DNA of 63,984 nucleotides, filler included, from Octopus bimaculoides (Eukaryota): NCBI RefSeq assembly GCF_001194135.2. It is 5 parts of 5 records of this genome, joined end to end, with 100 filler letters (N's around TTAATTAATTAA, not from the genome) between each part and the next. Parts side by side here need not be neighbours in the genome. Positions count along the whole stretch, not along the records: positions 27,431 to 45,505 come from NC_068986.1; positions 45,606 to 52,775 come from NC_069000.1; 3 more parts are not named here. One strand, 5' to 3'. Shown piece by piece: positions 38,393 to 52,170 of this stretch (position 1 is its first letter; each line of letters starts with the position of its first letter). The notes under the pieces were generated by a model. It saw only the letters and a program-made list of their open reading frames with translations, ran no database searches and was not told where the DNA came from. The position numbers and the translations under genes were made by a program.

Positions 38393-40061
38393 ACATATGT
38401 GTACATAATAGTGATTTGACACAAATCAATGCGCGTACAATTGCATTAACATACATATTCATTTCCTTAAATAAACATACACACATGCACACACACAAGC
38501 AAACACACATTTACTCATATGCACACATACATAGACGCATATTACGCTCATACACATGCACACACAACGACATAAATGCACAGCAGGAGAATGAGAGCAG
38601 AACAACGCGCACAGACACACTCACAGACGCCAACACACATGCATACGTGCACATAGATGCACCTACGCACCAACACACACGCATACGCACTGATGCTATA
38701 TTGTCGTATAAAAATCATGGCAATGTTGTTGCTGCTGCTCTTGTTTTGTTAAGATACCAATTGTAATGAATTGTTGAGGAATTCACCAAACTACAGGACA
38801 AACAATAATGACACACTCTACTGATTTCATTCAAATATCATATTTCAAAAAACGTATTTTAAATTTTAGGCACATATTTGTGTTATTTGAAACATATACG
38901 TCTGATACTAATGATGTACAACACATATATACACGACATACTCACACGCATAGTTGTGTGTGTGTGCGTGTGTGTATTAATAACATGACTACACTTTTTT
39001 CCAGTTAATATTCGCGATTTTCATAATTATATATTTATCAAAAACATCCTTTAAATATCCATGCATGTATGTGTGCACGTGTATGTTCGTGTATGTGCAT
39101 GTATGTGTGTGTGTGTGTGTGCGTATGTGTGTGTATGTGTGTGTGTGCGTGTGTGTATATGTGATGGACTCCAACCGTGGATTTCTATCTGTGAGCGTTC
39201 AAATTATTTGAACAACTCAATTACCAGCTTAATGAATTAGCGTATAAGTGGTTGAGTATTCCACAGACATATTATGTTCTTCAATGTAATTTTTTAGAAG
39301 AATGAGCCTGATTCAGTGTTCGACAATGATTTACATGGGAATCATCTGACAGACTTCTACACAGTTTCCGTCTAATCAGTTCCATTCACAAAATTTGAAT
39401 CGCCCCCAGCTATGAAACACAAAATTTTCTCAAAATGCCGTGCGGCGGGATCGGACTTCATTTTCGCGAAGCGAATATCTTAATCACTTGGTCATAACTT
39501 TGTATACACACACACACACACACACACGCACTCACACACACACACACACACACACTCACACACACGCACACACACTCACACACACACGCACACATATATA
39601 TAAATATATATATANNNNNNNNNNNNNNNNNNNNNNNNNNNNNNNNNNNNNNNNNNNNNNNNNNNNNNNNNNNNNNNNNNNNNNNNNNNNNNNNNNNNNN
39701 NNNNNNNNNNNNNNNNNNNNNNNNNNNNNNNNNNNNNNNNNNNNNNNNNNNNNNNNNNNNNNNNNNNNNNNNNNNNNNNNNNNNNNNNNNNNNNNNNNNN
39801 NNNNNNNNNNNNNNNNNNNNNNNNNNNNNNNNNNNNNNNNNNNNNNNNNNNNNNNNNNNNNNNNNNNNNNNNNNNNNNNNNNNNNNNNNNNNNNNNNNNN
39901 NNNNNNNNNNNNNNNNNNNNNNNNNNNNNNNNNNNNNNNNNNNNNNNNNNNNNNNNNNNNNNNNNNNNNNNNNNNNNNNNNNNNNNNNNNNNNNNNNNNN
40001 NNNNNNNNNNNNNNNNNNNNNNNNNNNNNNNNNNNNNNNNNNNNNNNNNNNNNNNNNNNNN

Positions 40062-40125
<64 letters not shown>

Positions 40126-40731
40126 TGCATAATTGATCCTTACACGATGTGTTCTGCTTCTATCTGAGGGATAAACTTAATAAATGCTTTCAAATTTTGG
40201 CAAAAACTAGTAATTTTAGGAGGACGTGGTAGTCGATTACATCGACTCCAGTGCTTGAAAGGTACTTATTTTATCGACCCCAGAAGGGTGAAAGGTGAAG
40301 TCGACCTCAACGCCATTTAAACTTAGAACGTAAAGAGTTAAGGATTCTGCCAACGCGCCGCCATAAATACAAAATAATATCGTTCTACTTAGGTTATACG
40401 CTTTAAACTGTGATCCCTTCCTATACAAAACTGAAATTAGGCACATACTGAGGTGTTAGTTACGTATTTAACCGGTGCTCTTACTATACAAATACTATAT
40501 ATCATATCGCAAAGTTTTGGCCTTTTTCGAGGTCAGAAAATACTTCCACACTGATGAACTCAGTAGAAATCTGAACTAGAACCCACATTTGAGTATTGTT
40601 AATGCATATGCGAACTTTTTGCGACTAGGTATTAACATTTTAACCTACTCCCAGAAGAAAGCCATACTATGTATTAACAAACCTTCAATCACCAACACAC
40701 AACAACCGCTGGCGCACCCATATTCACTCAC

Positions 40732-40937
40732 CTCTTCTCTGTTTTCTATTTCTGTGAACAAGACAACGGAAAATTACCCCCTACCAAGATCATATGGCAG
40801 CTTTCTGTCTTTTGGTCAATCCTGCTGTGTCTTATCTAATAAAACTCGTAGTTTTTCCCAATCTTCTCGACACGGAACTGATTTCCCATTGACTTTTTTC
40901 CTTGAGCCGTTTATTTCTTTAAGACGCTTACAGATAT
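40732..40937 (-). other. Candidate exon (strong acceptor and donor; coding status unclear)
   Basis: tgctgttttttgttcag| ... ag|gtgagt; the phase-1 frame gives xICKRLKEINGSRKKVNGKSVPCREDWEKLRVLLDKTQQD*. Confidence 0.3.
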
Positions 40938-41461
40938 CTGAACAAAAAACAGCATGAATGTTACCATCAAAACATGTATGTATGTATGTATGTACACACA
41001 TACATATATGCATATATGCATAAATATACATAGATACATAAATACATACATACTTACACACATACATATATATATACATACATTCTTACATACATGCATA
41101 CATACACATCGATATACATATACGTACACACGCATACATTCATACACACATGCGCGCATACATTCAAGCATGCATATATACATATATACATACACACATG
41201 CATACATACAAGCATTCATACATACATACATACATACATACATACATACATACATACATACATACATACACACATACAGCTGTTTGTTCAACGATGACTC
41301 TTAAGACCTGGTGATGACTTAAAAGATTTAGATTAAGCACAACAGGTTTAAACTAAGCCTAACTTCGCAATCCAAGTTTGGATTTGCATCTTTTTTTATA
41401 AACTGCACCAGTAGTATACTGCGAGCGTGGAGAAGAGGTTAATGTACGTAGATTGTGTGTG

Positions 41462-41618
<157 letters not shown>

Positions 41619-42830
41619 GGGACAGACGGACATTCAGATTTCATGTCATTAACAAATCTGCTTTCGAAAGAAGCCCATCTCCAAGATGGAACAGAATTGT
41701 TTCTGACAACAATACTCAGTCATAACTCAACATCTTTAGTCGTATTCGCTTCATAAAACAACGGACACCTGGCATTTTTCAATCTCAACGTGTGTTTGTT
41801 TTTTTCTTTTGACTTCTTTTTTATTTTGGTTTCTTTTGTAATACATTTTCAGTGGGACTTTTCTAAAAAATCAATCAATCAAGAACGTAATTAGTACAAA
41901 TACAAATCTATTTTCATTGGACGGAAGCTGGAACTTCCGAGTTGGGTTGTTTTGTTTTGTTTTGTTTTGTTTGTTTCCTTTATTTCTTTTTAGTGTTTTC
42001 TTTTTCCTTTCAGAAGGAAAATTTTTGTATTAAGAAAATATCCTTCCTGGGCATACTAAGTCCTGGCGAAAGAGTAGGTCCACAGGAGACCGACAATATC
42101 TTTCAGCAGAAAAATATCAGCTGTAATTTAAACAATACCAATTGAAGAATTGCTGAAACCTGGAATATAAAGTTCTATCAGTTCTTAGATGAACTGAATG
42201 AATCCTGCATCAATTAATTCTTAAGAAATTAGGATTAGAAAACCTTGTTCCCTTAATTGAAATTTATAGCTGGCTTTAGTTTTATTATTCGCAGTAGATC
42301 CAACTTCTGAAACCAAATTCAGCCTCTTTTTTTATGGTTTTGGTGGGTTATTTTTCTACTGGGTCTAGTCTACTTACATTCGAACCAACCCTCGCGATTT
42401 AGATCGAATAAAAAAACTGATATCAACCCCAGTTTATGTATTTTAATATTGTAAATATTTGCATTAAGATAAGCCAACGTTCACTCCAAATGTCAGAAGC
42501 AGCAACAAAACTTCCTTGGAATCTTTCTGCGCCATTTAGACTCACGCATAAAAAGGGCAGGATGGTCGAGGCTAGGATACTTTTGATCATAGTTCTACTA
42601 GATCAAGGCTAACCAGGGGTTAAACAACAACAACAACAACCACAACAAAAGCGACAACTTACCTTTTGACAGTTTTCATTCTTTTTTAAAATTGTTTCAC
42701 TTCTACCACATAAATTGGTGCCACCCCACATCTCCTGGATAAGATGTAGTGTTGTATCAGTTTATGTAGTGTTTGATCAAACTTTACAAAGATGTGTATA
42801 CAACACACTTATGTACATATACATATATTC

Positions 42831-42883
<53 letters not shown>

Positions 42884-43972
42884 AGTGTGTGTGTATACAT
42901 ATATATATATATAAACTGGCAAGGTAGTTTATATATATATATGTGTATATACACACACTTAAGTGCGATGATAACCACTAATGAACATTAAAATGCGAAA
43001 TCGTCGATGATCTAGCTATGCCCGCTGCTGTAGGTAGCTTGCCTCCCTTGTCAGTCATAAAGATAATGCCTTCCGTGGCTATTGAGTTGTTTTGACTCTT
43101 ATTTCTAGCAATACTGATACTGATTAGTGCTCTTTGTCCCTTTATTGACGTATATAATTCTGCCTTTAGGTTGTAAAATTGCCATTAAGCCACCCATATT
43201 ATTTATACACACACACACACACACACACACACATGCACGCATACGCAGACACACGCACACACGTACTCACACACACATACACACACACATGTATGGATCA
43301 AAACAGTTTGATTCAAATTCCTTGGTACTCTGAGTGTGTGTGTGTGTGTGTGTCTGTCTGTCTGTCTGTCTGTCTATCTGTCTGTCTGTCTGCCTGTGTC
43401 TGTGTCTGTGTCTGTGTGTGCACACGAGCGCGCGCGTGTGAATATTTCTATCGTTTACACCATAAGAACTTAGTAGAAATTCGAGAAAGCGTGAAATAAT
43501 TCGTTTCTAACCGTAAAACTAGAAGTAGATAAAGCTGTAAATATTTGGTCAAAGGTCTTTTAGGGATACANNNNNNNNNNNNNNNNNNNNNNNNNNNNNN
43601 NNNNNNNNNNNNNNNNNNNNNNNNNNNNNNNNNNNNNNNNNNNNNNNNNNNNNNNNNNNNNNNNNNNNNNNNNNNNNNNNNNNNNNNNNNNNNNNNNNNN
43701 NNNNNNNNNNNNNNNNNNNNNNNNNNNNNNNNNNNNNNNNNNNNNNNNNNNNNNNNNNNNNNNNNNNNNNNNNNNNNNNNNNNNNNNNNNNNNNNNNNNN
43801 NNNNNNNNNNNNNNNNNNNNNNNNNNNNNNNNNNNNNNNNNNNNNNNNNNNNNNNNNNNNNNNNNNNNNNNNNNNNNNNNNNNNNNNNNNNNNNNNNNNN
43901 NNNNNNNNNNNNNNNNNNNNNNNNNNNNNNNNNNNNNNNNNNNNNNNNNNNNNNNNNNNNNNNNNNNNNNNN

Positions 43973-44007
<35 letters not shown>

Positions 44008-44034
44008 TGTGTGCGTATGTGTGTGTGTTTGTGC

Positions 44035-44070
<36 letters not shown>

Positions 44071-44309
44071 CTATTTCATCGTTTTCACGGTTTAATTTTC
44101 ATACAAAGCGTGTCCCTGGGTATCATTCCCTAAACTTTGAGTGTCAATATGCTTGGGGTACTCAAAAGAGCTGTCAATATATGAAGTTTATTAAAAGTAA
44201 CTATATTACTCCGTCACTGCTTAGAGTTTGTCGTTCTTGCATGTTTATACACAACACATACACAAATACATAGATATATATATATATCGTTGCTATTATG
44301 TTAAACTGT

Positions 44310-45412
44310 CGTATGTCAAACTGATGTCCGTTCTGGTTCAGGCACTGCTGAACGCGAAGCAATGGAATCGCAAACATCACGAAACAATTCATTCGGTATT
44401 TGTGTGCTTTCTCGTTCAATGGCTGCTCTCAAATCAGCGACTGTTGCAGGTTTCATAGCATAGACTTTGTCTTTTAAGTATCCCCATAAAAAAGTCTAGT
44501 GGTGTGAGGTCTGGTGAACGTAGAGGGTATTCAATGAAACCCTTTCGTTCAATCCACCTGTTTAGAAAGATCTCATAAAAAAGAATCTAACATCGCGATG
44601 GTAGTGTGTAGGTGCTCCATCTTACTGAAAACAAAACTCCTCATCTTCAAAGTCTTCTTTAATGCTAGGCATAACAGACTGTTGTAGCAAATTCAACTAT
44701 GGGAACAGTCACAGTAGCGTCAAAAAAGAAAGGTCCAATTAATCCTCTTGATGATAGGCCACACCACACTGTAAGTCCTGGTAAATTAATATGGTGTTCT
44801 ACCATAACATGCGAATTCTCAAGTCCCCAGTAGGAGAATGTGGCTTCATCACTCCATACAATCTTTGTTGGAAAGTGTGCATCTTCTATACATCGTGCCA
44901 AGTATAACTCGCAATATTGCACTCTTCGGCCTGGCTCATCATCATTAGTAGCATGGACTAATCTGGGAACGTGCCTTTTCCATTGACAACGCTTCAAAAT
45001 GCGTTGGACATACGATTTTGACACCTACCTCACGACTCGCTTGCCGCATAGATTTTCATGGACATTGGTGATACTTTTCCAGAATTCCTTCTTGGTTTGT
45101 GGGAGTTGTCGATGTTCGTGGTCTTCCGGAATGCTTCTCGTGAACATTCTGAACAGTTCCATCGCCTTCAAACTTATCTCAAATTTGGGTGGTGGTAAGT
45201 CACATTGGTGGATCTGTTTGAAACTCCCTCCTAAACTGTGTGTGTACTTCAACTGCATTTTCACACTTTTAGTAGCATTTTAGAATGAATTTCCTTTGTT
45301 CAAATTTTGTCTATCTGCCATCATTAATTCCACTGGGTTTCATCCAGAAAGAAAAAAGATCAATTGAGTTATCAGCTGCTAAAGTGTGTATACATTTTTT
45401 GGGGACACTCTG
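44310..45412 (-). mobile_element. rosa/Visitor (DD41D-like) transposase pseudogene
   Basis: TA|CAGAGTGTCCCC terminus at 45412; [38 protein letters not shown] and DKVYAMKPATVADLRAAI. Confidence 0.85.
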
Positions 45413-45451
45413 TATATACATGCATACATATTATATTACAGAGAGGCATAC

Positions 45452-45505
<54 letters not shown>

Positions 45506-45605
45506 NNNNNNNNNNNNNNNNNNNNNNNNNNNNNNNNNNNNNNNNNNNNTTAATTAATTAANNNNNNNNNNNNNNNNNNNNNNNNNNNNNNNNNNNNNNN
45601 NNNNN

Positions 45606-45731
45606 CGTCGTATTGTCGGCCGCCTTCACGGAAAGTTCCATGATTTGCATGATTTCTTGCACCAAGCTATTTCCCATGGAAAAGACAAGCTGAAACCTCA
45701 CATAGAAAATATCAAAACTTTGGCAAAGACT
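45606..45731 (+). CDS. Penultimate coding exon (5' part lost in gap) of an unidentified His/Lys-rich helical protein
   Basis: RRIVGRLHGKFHDLHDFLHQAISHGKDKLKPHIENIKTLAKT|gtaagt; consensus donor, phase 0. Confidence 0.75.
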
Positions 45732-46453
45732 GTAAGTGATCGTTTTTTGAAATATGGAAGTTTTACAAATGTACTGAAAATCTATTATGTAATAATGTTT
45801 TCGTCGGACACTTTTCTCCTTATTTTTATAGCCAACTCTCAATGACATGAAATAAAAATTAAATCAGAGATTGTGCACTACGTGAAGCCATTTCTTTCTC
45901 TACAATGATCGTACAACTTGGTTAAAATTGCGAGAAATATCCAATTACTTTCAATGGAAGTGGATAATGGCCATCATTATTAATTTCTTTAGGTTTAAAT
46001 AAGAATGAAATTTGATTATAATTTGCATATTTCAAATTTGCGTCTAATTTTCGTATTGTGATGTCAAATAGAAGAATCTATCATATAGATGTGAATTTCG
46101 AATTATATATTTTCCTAACCCCAGTTTGGGAATGATGAAATAACTCCCAGTTATAAGTTTCTAAAGATTTGATAAGATATACTGCTGATACTTAGACATT
46201 GTTTTGTCAAAAGCAAACAAGAAGGTTCAATGGTAACGCTGATTAACTGCTATTCGTTTACTGAAACGGGGCTAACAATCAAATGACAAATTCCAGGTCA
46301 GATCGCGAGTAAAAATATTTGCTTTTATCTTAAATGACCTCCTCCGATGGAATTGACCGTCATAAAAGCAGGAGAGGAAGTAATATCTTGTTTGAGATTA
46401 ACTTTAACAACTGTGAAAATACTTATGAAATTGCATATTGTTTATACTTTCAG

Positions 46454-46615
46454 TTTATTGCCCACATCAACGACGTCAACGCTAGAGTTGCTAAGCAAGC
46501 TTTGGAATTCTTCAAACCTTGGGCAGCTTTATTGGGTTCCACCTGGACTACATTGGTCAATGATATCCACAAACGCCTGGAGCATTTGAAACCAACAAGC
46601 ACGCCTATATTCTAA
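46454..46615 (+). CDS. Terminal coding exon of the same gene
   Basis: tgtttatactttcag| FIAHINDVNARVAKQALEFFKPWAALLGSTWTTLVNDIHKRLEHLKPTSTPIF*; phase 0 matches the upstream donor; AATAAA at 46699-46704. Confidence 0.78.
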   Translation, partial: FIAHINDVNARVAKQALEFFKPWAALLGSTWTTLVNDIHKRLEHLKPTSTPIF

Positions 46616-47332
46616 GTAGAAATGTTAAATCATATACACATAAACATGTATGTTAATATATGTATTTATTACTGAAAATATATTTGGAATATCTGCCGAA
46701 TAAATATCTAAACATAATCCTGATGTTGTTTTCATTCTTGTTTCTACATACATATATATAAATACATGTAAACACACACACACCACACACGCGCAAGCAC
46801 ACAAAAACACACACACACATAGATGTGAATTTCCAAATTAGTTTGATAGGGATATATAATCCTAGCGGCCACCGCATTCACTTTCACCACTCAAAAATAC
46901 TGGCTATCCTTTTCAGTAGAAGCATATGTAGGTGCAGAATTGAAAAGACGTGATAGACAGCAGAATAAAACTGGATATATAAATTTCTGTCCTCCATATT
47001 CTTAATGACAATGCATATTTAAGTATAAATATGTAGATATTTATATTAATATATCTGACTTGCACAGAGAACAAGCGACACAAAAAATAAAAACGGAGGA
47101 AGTGAAAAAGTGTTAGAATTCGAAGAGCTCGCGGAATTGGTTGTGCGAAAAGCCATCGTAGTCAAACTAAAGTTCGTATCATTTGAGTGTCTACTCTACT
47201 GAGAATCTCTGGAATCCATCACACACATGCATATATATAGATACCCCCCATCACACACACATATATACATACACGCATATATTTGTGTGTGTATGTGCGT
47301 GCGTGTGTTTTTCGCGTGTATGCATGTGTATG

Positions 47333-47390
<58 letters not shown>

Positions 47391-48120
47391 CGTGTGTGTG
47401 TGTGTGTGTGTGTGTGCGTGTGTGTGAGTACTAGTTCATCCTCGGAATTCACTAAAATTACTTTCTTTAAAAGCATAAAGCAAAGACATATTGTGGTTTA
47501 CTTATATATATTTGGAAAATGAATTTGGAACAAATTTAGAAGTGTCATCTTGTGTTGTGACACTGTAAGAATATAGTATTATGTAAAAGGATAAAACTTA
47601 TTCAATTGCCTGATAAATATGTCTTATATATCAGATTCTCATCAGATTTACAATTGAGTAATCAGTCCCATATACTTTGACACCATTTAATAAAGACAAA
47701 TTCTCAGTCTGTTAGCCTCCAAATCAGCAATTATTCTTGACCATTATTTACTTGCATCGTAAAATAAATTCAGAGAAAGAATTTATTGCTTCGTTTGTTG
47801 TTTAGCCCAATTCTGTTTTACAGAAATGGAATATGAAGAACTAAAATTTCCAATATGTACTTCGTTTTTAAGACTGTATGGTGAAATTTGAAGGAGATTT
47901 GACTACTATTTCTTACAGCTTGACCGATGATGTAGACGTTCTCGATGCAATCACTGAAACATACTAACACTAGTTAGCATACCAAATTTAAAATTAGTCA
48001 CCATATTTTAAACCAGAAATCTTATGACAACTTACACATTACAATAACTTCAAGGACTCATCTAAAAACAAAAATCTAACGTATTGTTCAATCAGCTCCC
48101 TCACCCCACTGCTAGAGACC

Positions 48121-48578
48121 TATGAGGGGTGGCTGAAAATTTCATAGGTTGAATTAGATACTCTCATGGAATGTGAGCAAATGAAGCTTATGTTTCAAAA
48201 CAGTCACCCTTGCGATCCTCATACGTCTTCCAACGATGTTGCAGAATTGGATTCCGTTGGCGAAGAAACTTTCATTCCGTTGGTCAAAAGCGTCATCAAC
48301 AGCAGATATGACGTCATCATCACTGCGATGTTGGTTCCCAGCCTAGTGCTTTTTAAAAAAACCTTTTTTTTCTGTTGGGAGACAGATGATAGACAGATTG
48401 GATCAAATAAGGAGAATAGGGGAGCTGATCAACCTGTTGAAAGCCACAGTCACACACGGCAGCCACTGAAACCAACGGCGCGTGCGCTGGAGTATTGTCC
48501 TGATCGAACAAAACCCATTTCGTCAGTTTTCTTGGGCGTTTGGTCTTGATAGTCTTTCATTACTGCCTCGGCAACTTA
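48121..48578 (-). mobile_element. mariner (DD34D) transposon 3' half
   Basis: TA-TGAGGGGTGGCTGAAAA terminus; minus strand ..TKRPRKLTKWVLFDQDNTPAH...GFQQVDQLPYSPYL, matching the mariner QDNAPAH / HPPYSPDL region. Confidence 0.88.
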
Positions 48579-49112
48579 NNNNNNNNNNNNNNNNNNNNNN
48601 NNNNNNNNNNNNNNNNNNNNNNNNNNNNNNNNNNNNNNNNNNNNNNNNNNNNNNNNNNNNNNNNNNNNNNNNNNNNNNNNNNNNNNNNNNNNNNNNNNNN
48701 NNNNNNNNNNNNNNNNNNNNNNNNNNNNNNNNNNNNNNNNNNNNNNNNNNNNNNNNNNNNNNNNNNNNNNNNNNNNNNNNNNNNNNNNNNNNNNNNNNNN
48801 NNNNNNNNNNNNNNNNNNNNNNNNNNNNNNNNNNNNNNNNNNNNNNNNNNNNNNNNNNNNNNNNNATGCACACACACATATATGCACACACACACATATG
48901 CACACACACATATGCGCACACACTCATGAATGCAAAAGCACGCACGCGTGAATCCCATGCCTACATGTATCTATTGCTACAAATTATATTTATGCTCATT
49001 GTGTTTATCGACGCACACATGTGTGAGTGAAGGCATGCACATGTTCTAGTGTACTTACGATCAATACATATGTGTGTGTGTGTGTACATACATATGTATA
49101 TACACACATACA

Positions 49113-49965
49113 CTAGCAATGCATCCCGACGTTACCCGGGTGTTATGACCTACAGCCACATTGTATTATTTGTTCCTTTCTTATGGGCAGAATCAGCACA
49201 GCTGATATATAGTAGTGCAATGGAAGTTATTGTTTGTTTAAAAGTGAAGGCGGGGAGGGTACAATTTACATGGGTTTGCAGCAACGTGCTTTCTTTTCTT
49301 AAGAAGGATCACAAACTATGTATTGTAACATCATGTAAAAGTTGGTCATTACTCTTTTACCCAGAAATCACATTTTCAAAATTTGAATTACCCCCATCCT
49401 TTCCCACACCGTCCCCGTCGCAATTTTTCAATCTGTAAACTTTTTTTTTTTTTGATTTTTTTTATCCGAGTAGAAAAATAGAGATTACGAATCTGGGAAA
49501 TAGTTTTTAAAGTTTAATTTTTTCCCAATGAAAAACTCAATGCTCCTTCTAGCAGTCACCAACACGTCACCTACCCGCTTTCAAAAAGCTAAAACTTCCC
49601 AATGTTTTACTTTCTCTGATGTTTCACGCATGCGTAGAATTGTACTGAAATAGGTGACGTAAAAAATACTAGACCACCAACCACCAGAAACCTAAAATAC
49701 AGATTTCCAAAAAGTTAAAAGTGAAATATGGGGAGTTTGTAACTTTTTGAAAGCTTTGTAACGCGATGGTTGAACGTTTGGGACGGAGATTTTAGTGTTT
49801 CTTTAAGACGAAAAATTTTAAAGGTTAGTACTTTATATCGAAGATCAGGTTCTTAAATACGCTCATCACAAACACGAATTACAGAATAGAAAACGATTAT
49901 CTCAATTTGAATTGAGCTGTAATTTTGCGCGTGCACACTGTAAGAAATAACATAATTCGTAGAGA
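49113..49965 (-). mobile_element. Non-autonomous Helitron
   Basis: 3' end cccgggtaacgtcggg...CTAG|T at 49113; possible 5' TCTCTAC near 49965 (less certain). Confidence 0.6.
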
Positions 49966-50003
49966 AGTTTTACCAAGCGTATGTGCCTCTATGCACGCGC
50001 GCA

Positions 50004-50044
<41 letters not shown>

Positions 50045-50115
50045 GTGAGAGAGAGAGTGAGTGAAGGTGTATGTTGTCATGTATGTATTTTTCGCATGTA
50101 AGTGGCAGTCAATCG

Positions 50116-50166
<51 letters not shown>

Positions 50167-50633
50167 TATCTTTCATGTACACGTACATGTACACATATGC
50201 ATACATATTTTTTGCATGTATTTTTGCGTGTGCGTGTGCAGGTGTGTGTGTGTGAAGAGAGCGAGGGATTGAATGACTGTACTTCCTCATAACATAGAGA
50301 AATGGATGTCTTTTAATGAGTGACTAATTCGGAGAAACTTTACTTTCATTTATTTACATTATTTACATTTGACGGATATACAACTGTATTACATACATTA
50401 TTCACACATCGTCCCTCTTGTAATGCAACACTTGCAATTGTGCTTCAAATTGAAAGTGTGAGATTATTTTCATTTTCTAATGCCACCTGGTTGCTGTAGA
50501 GCAGTGTCTTTTAAATAGCTATAGCTAGTTTTTGAAATAACGTAGAAAATATGTAAATAAAAATAAAGTTTATTTGGTAGTCGAGAGATTACTGAATCGG
50601 CAACTCAGTTTTCGAATGCATAAGGAACATAGG

Positions 50634-50692
<59 letters not shown>

Positions 50693-51286
50693 NNNNNNNN
50701 NNNNNNNNNNNNNNNNNNNNNNNNNNNNNNNNNNNNNNNNNNNNNNNNNNNNNNNNNNNNNNNNNNNNNNNNNNNNNNNNNNNNNNNNNNNNNNNNNNNN
50801 NNNNNNNNNNNNNNNNNNNNNNNNNNNNNNNNNNNNNNNNNNNNNNNNNNNNNNNNNNNNNNNNNNNNNNNNNNNNNNNNNNNNNNNNNNNNNNNNNNNN
50901 NNNNNNNNNNNNNNNNNNNNNNNNNNNNNNNNNNNNNNNNNNNNNNNNNNNNNNNNNNNNNNNNNNNNNNNNNNNNNNNNNNNNNNNNNNNNNNNNNNNN
51001 NNNNNNNNNNNNNNNNNNNNNNNNNNNNNNNNNNNNNNNNNNNNNNNNNNNNNNNNNNNNNNNNNNNNNNNNNNNNNNNNNNNNNNNNNNNNNNNNNNNN
51101 NNNNNNNNNNNNNNNNNNNNNNNNNNNNNNNNNNNNNNNNNNNNNNNNNNNNNNNNNNNNNNNNNNNNNNNNNNNNNNNNNNNNNNNNNNNNNNNNNNNN
51201 NNNNNNNNNNNNNNNNNNNNNNNNNNNNNNNNNNNNNNNNNNNNNNNNNNNNNNNNNNNNNNNNNNNNNNNNNNNNNNNNNNNNNN

Positions 51287-51329
<43 letters not shown>

Positions 51330-51509
51330 GTATATGTATATATACATACAGTCTAGACTCCTCCATCTCTTTTGTCAAATCTTTTCCTCCTGCCCCCCCA
51401 CTTTTCCTGCACTATCTCTGACACCTCTGTATGAGTTTCGAAAGAAAGGTACCACTACAAAAGCAATAAAAAGCATTTGTGAAGTGTATCCGATGCAGTG
51501 AAAGCTAGT

Positions 51510-52170
51510 ATATGTCAGCTGTGGTTTAAAATGTTTTAAGATGGCGATTGTGATATATTCGATAAGCCTCACTCTGGAAGACGACCCACTCTGAATGCCA
51601 ACCTTTTGAATGAGACTATTGTATAGGGTCTATGTCAAAGCACCAGAAATTTGGTGCAAAAATTGAATGTCATGTTCAACTAGCCACGAAAAACTGAAGC
51701 AAATTGGGAAAATACGCAAAGAGGGAATTGGAACTCGACAGAAAACGAGTAAGACAATGGTTATCACGTAATAAGAAGCCAGTGCCAACAACAAAAACCA
51801 GAGCCCCATCCACAAAGATCCTTACTTTGTGCTTGGTGGAACATGCAAGGTATTCTCCATTACGACCTACTTGAAATGGAAGGAACAACAATGCAGATGT
51901 CTATTGCCAGCAACTTGATCGTGTAAATGAGAAACTATTTCGAAATAGAAAAGGTGTTATTCTCCCACAAGATAATGCACGGCCACACCCTTCATAATAA
52001 AATTGTTAGGATAGGAAATACTGCCACATCCTCCATACACTCTACAGATTTCCATCTGTTCAGATCATTAGAGGCAAAACATTCAGAAACTGAGAAGAAT
52101 GGAAAAGAGTCATTCAGACTGTTTTCAGAAACAGCAATTGATTTCTTTGACCGTGGCATACATACACCCT
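51510..52170 (+). mobile_element. mariner (DD34D) transposase pseudogene, internally deleted
   Basis: SGRP, QWLSRNKKPVP, CAWWNMQGILHYDLL, ADVYCQQLDRVNEKL, GVILPQDNARPH and DFHLFRSL. Confidence 0.85.

Noticed and set aside
42014-42145. Acceptor plus KENFCIKKISFLGILSPGERVGPQ
   Set aside because: No convincing donor; only a vague resemblance to an LTR RT fragment.
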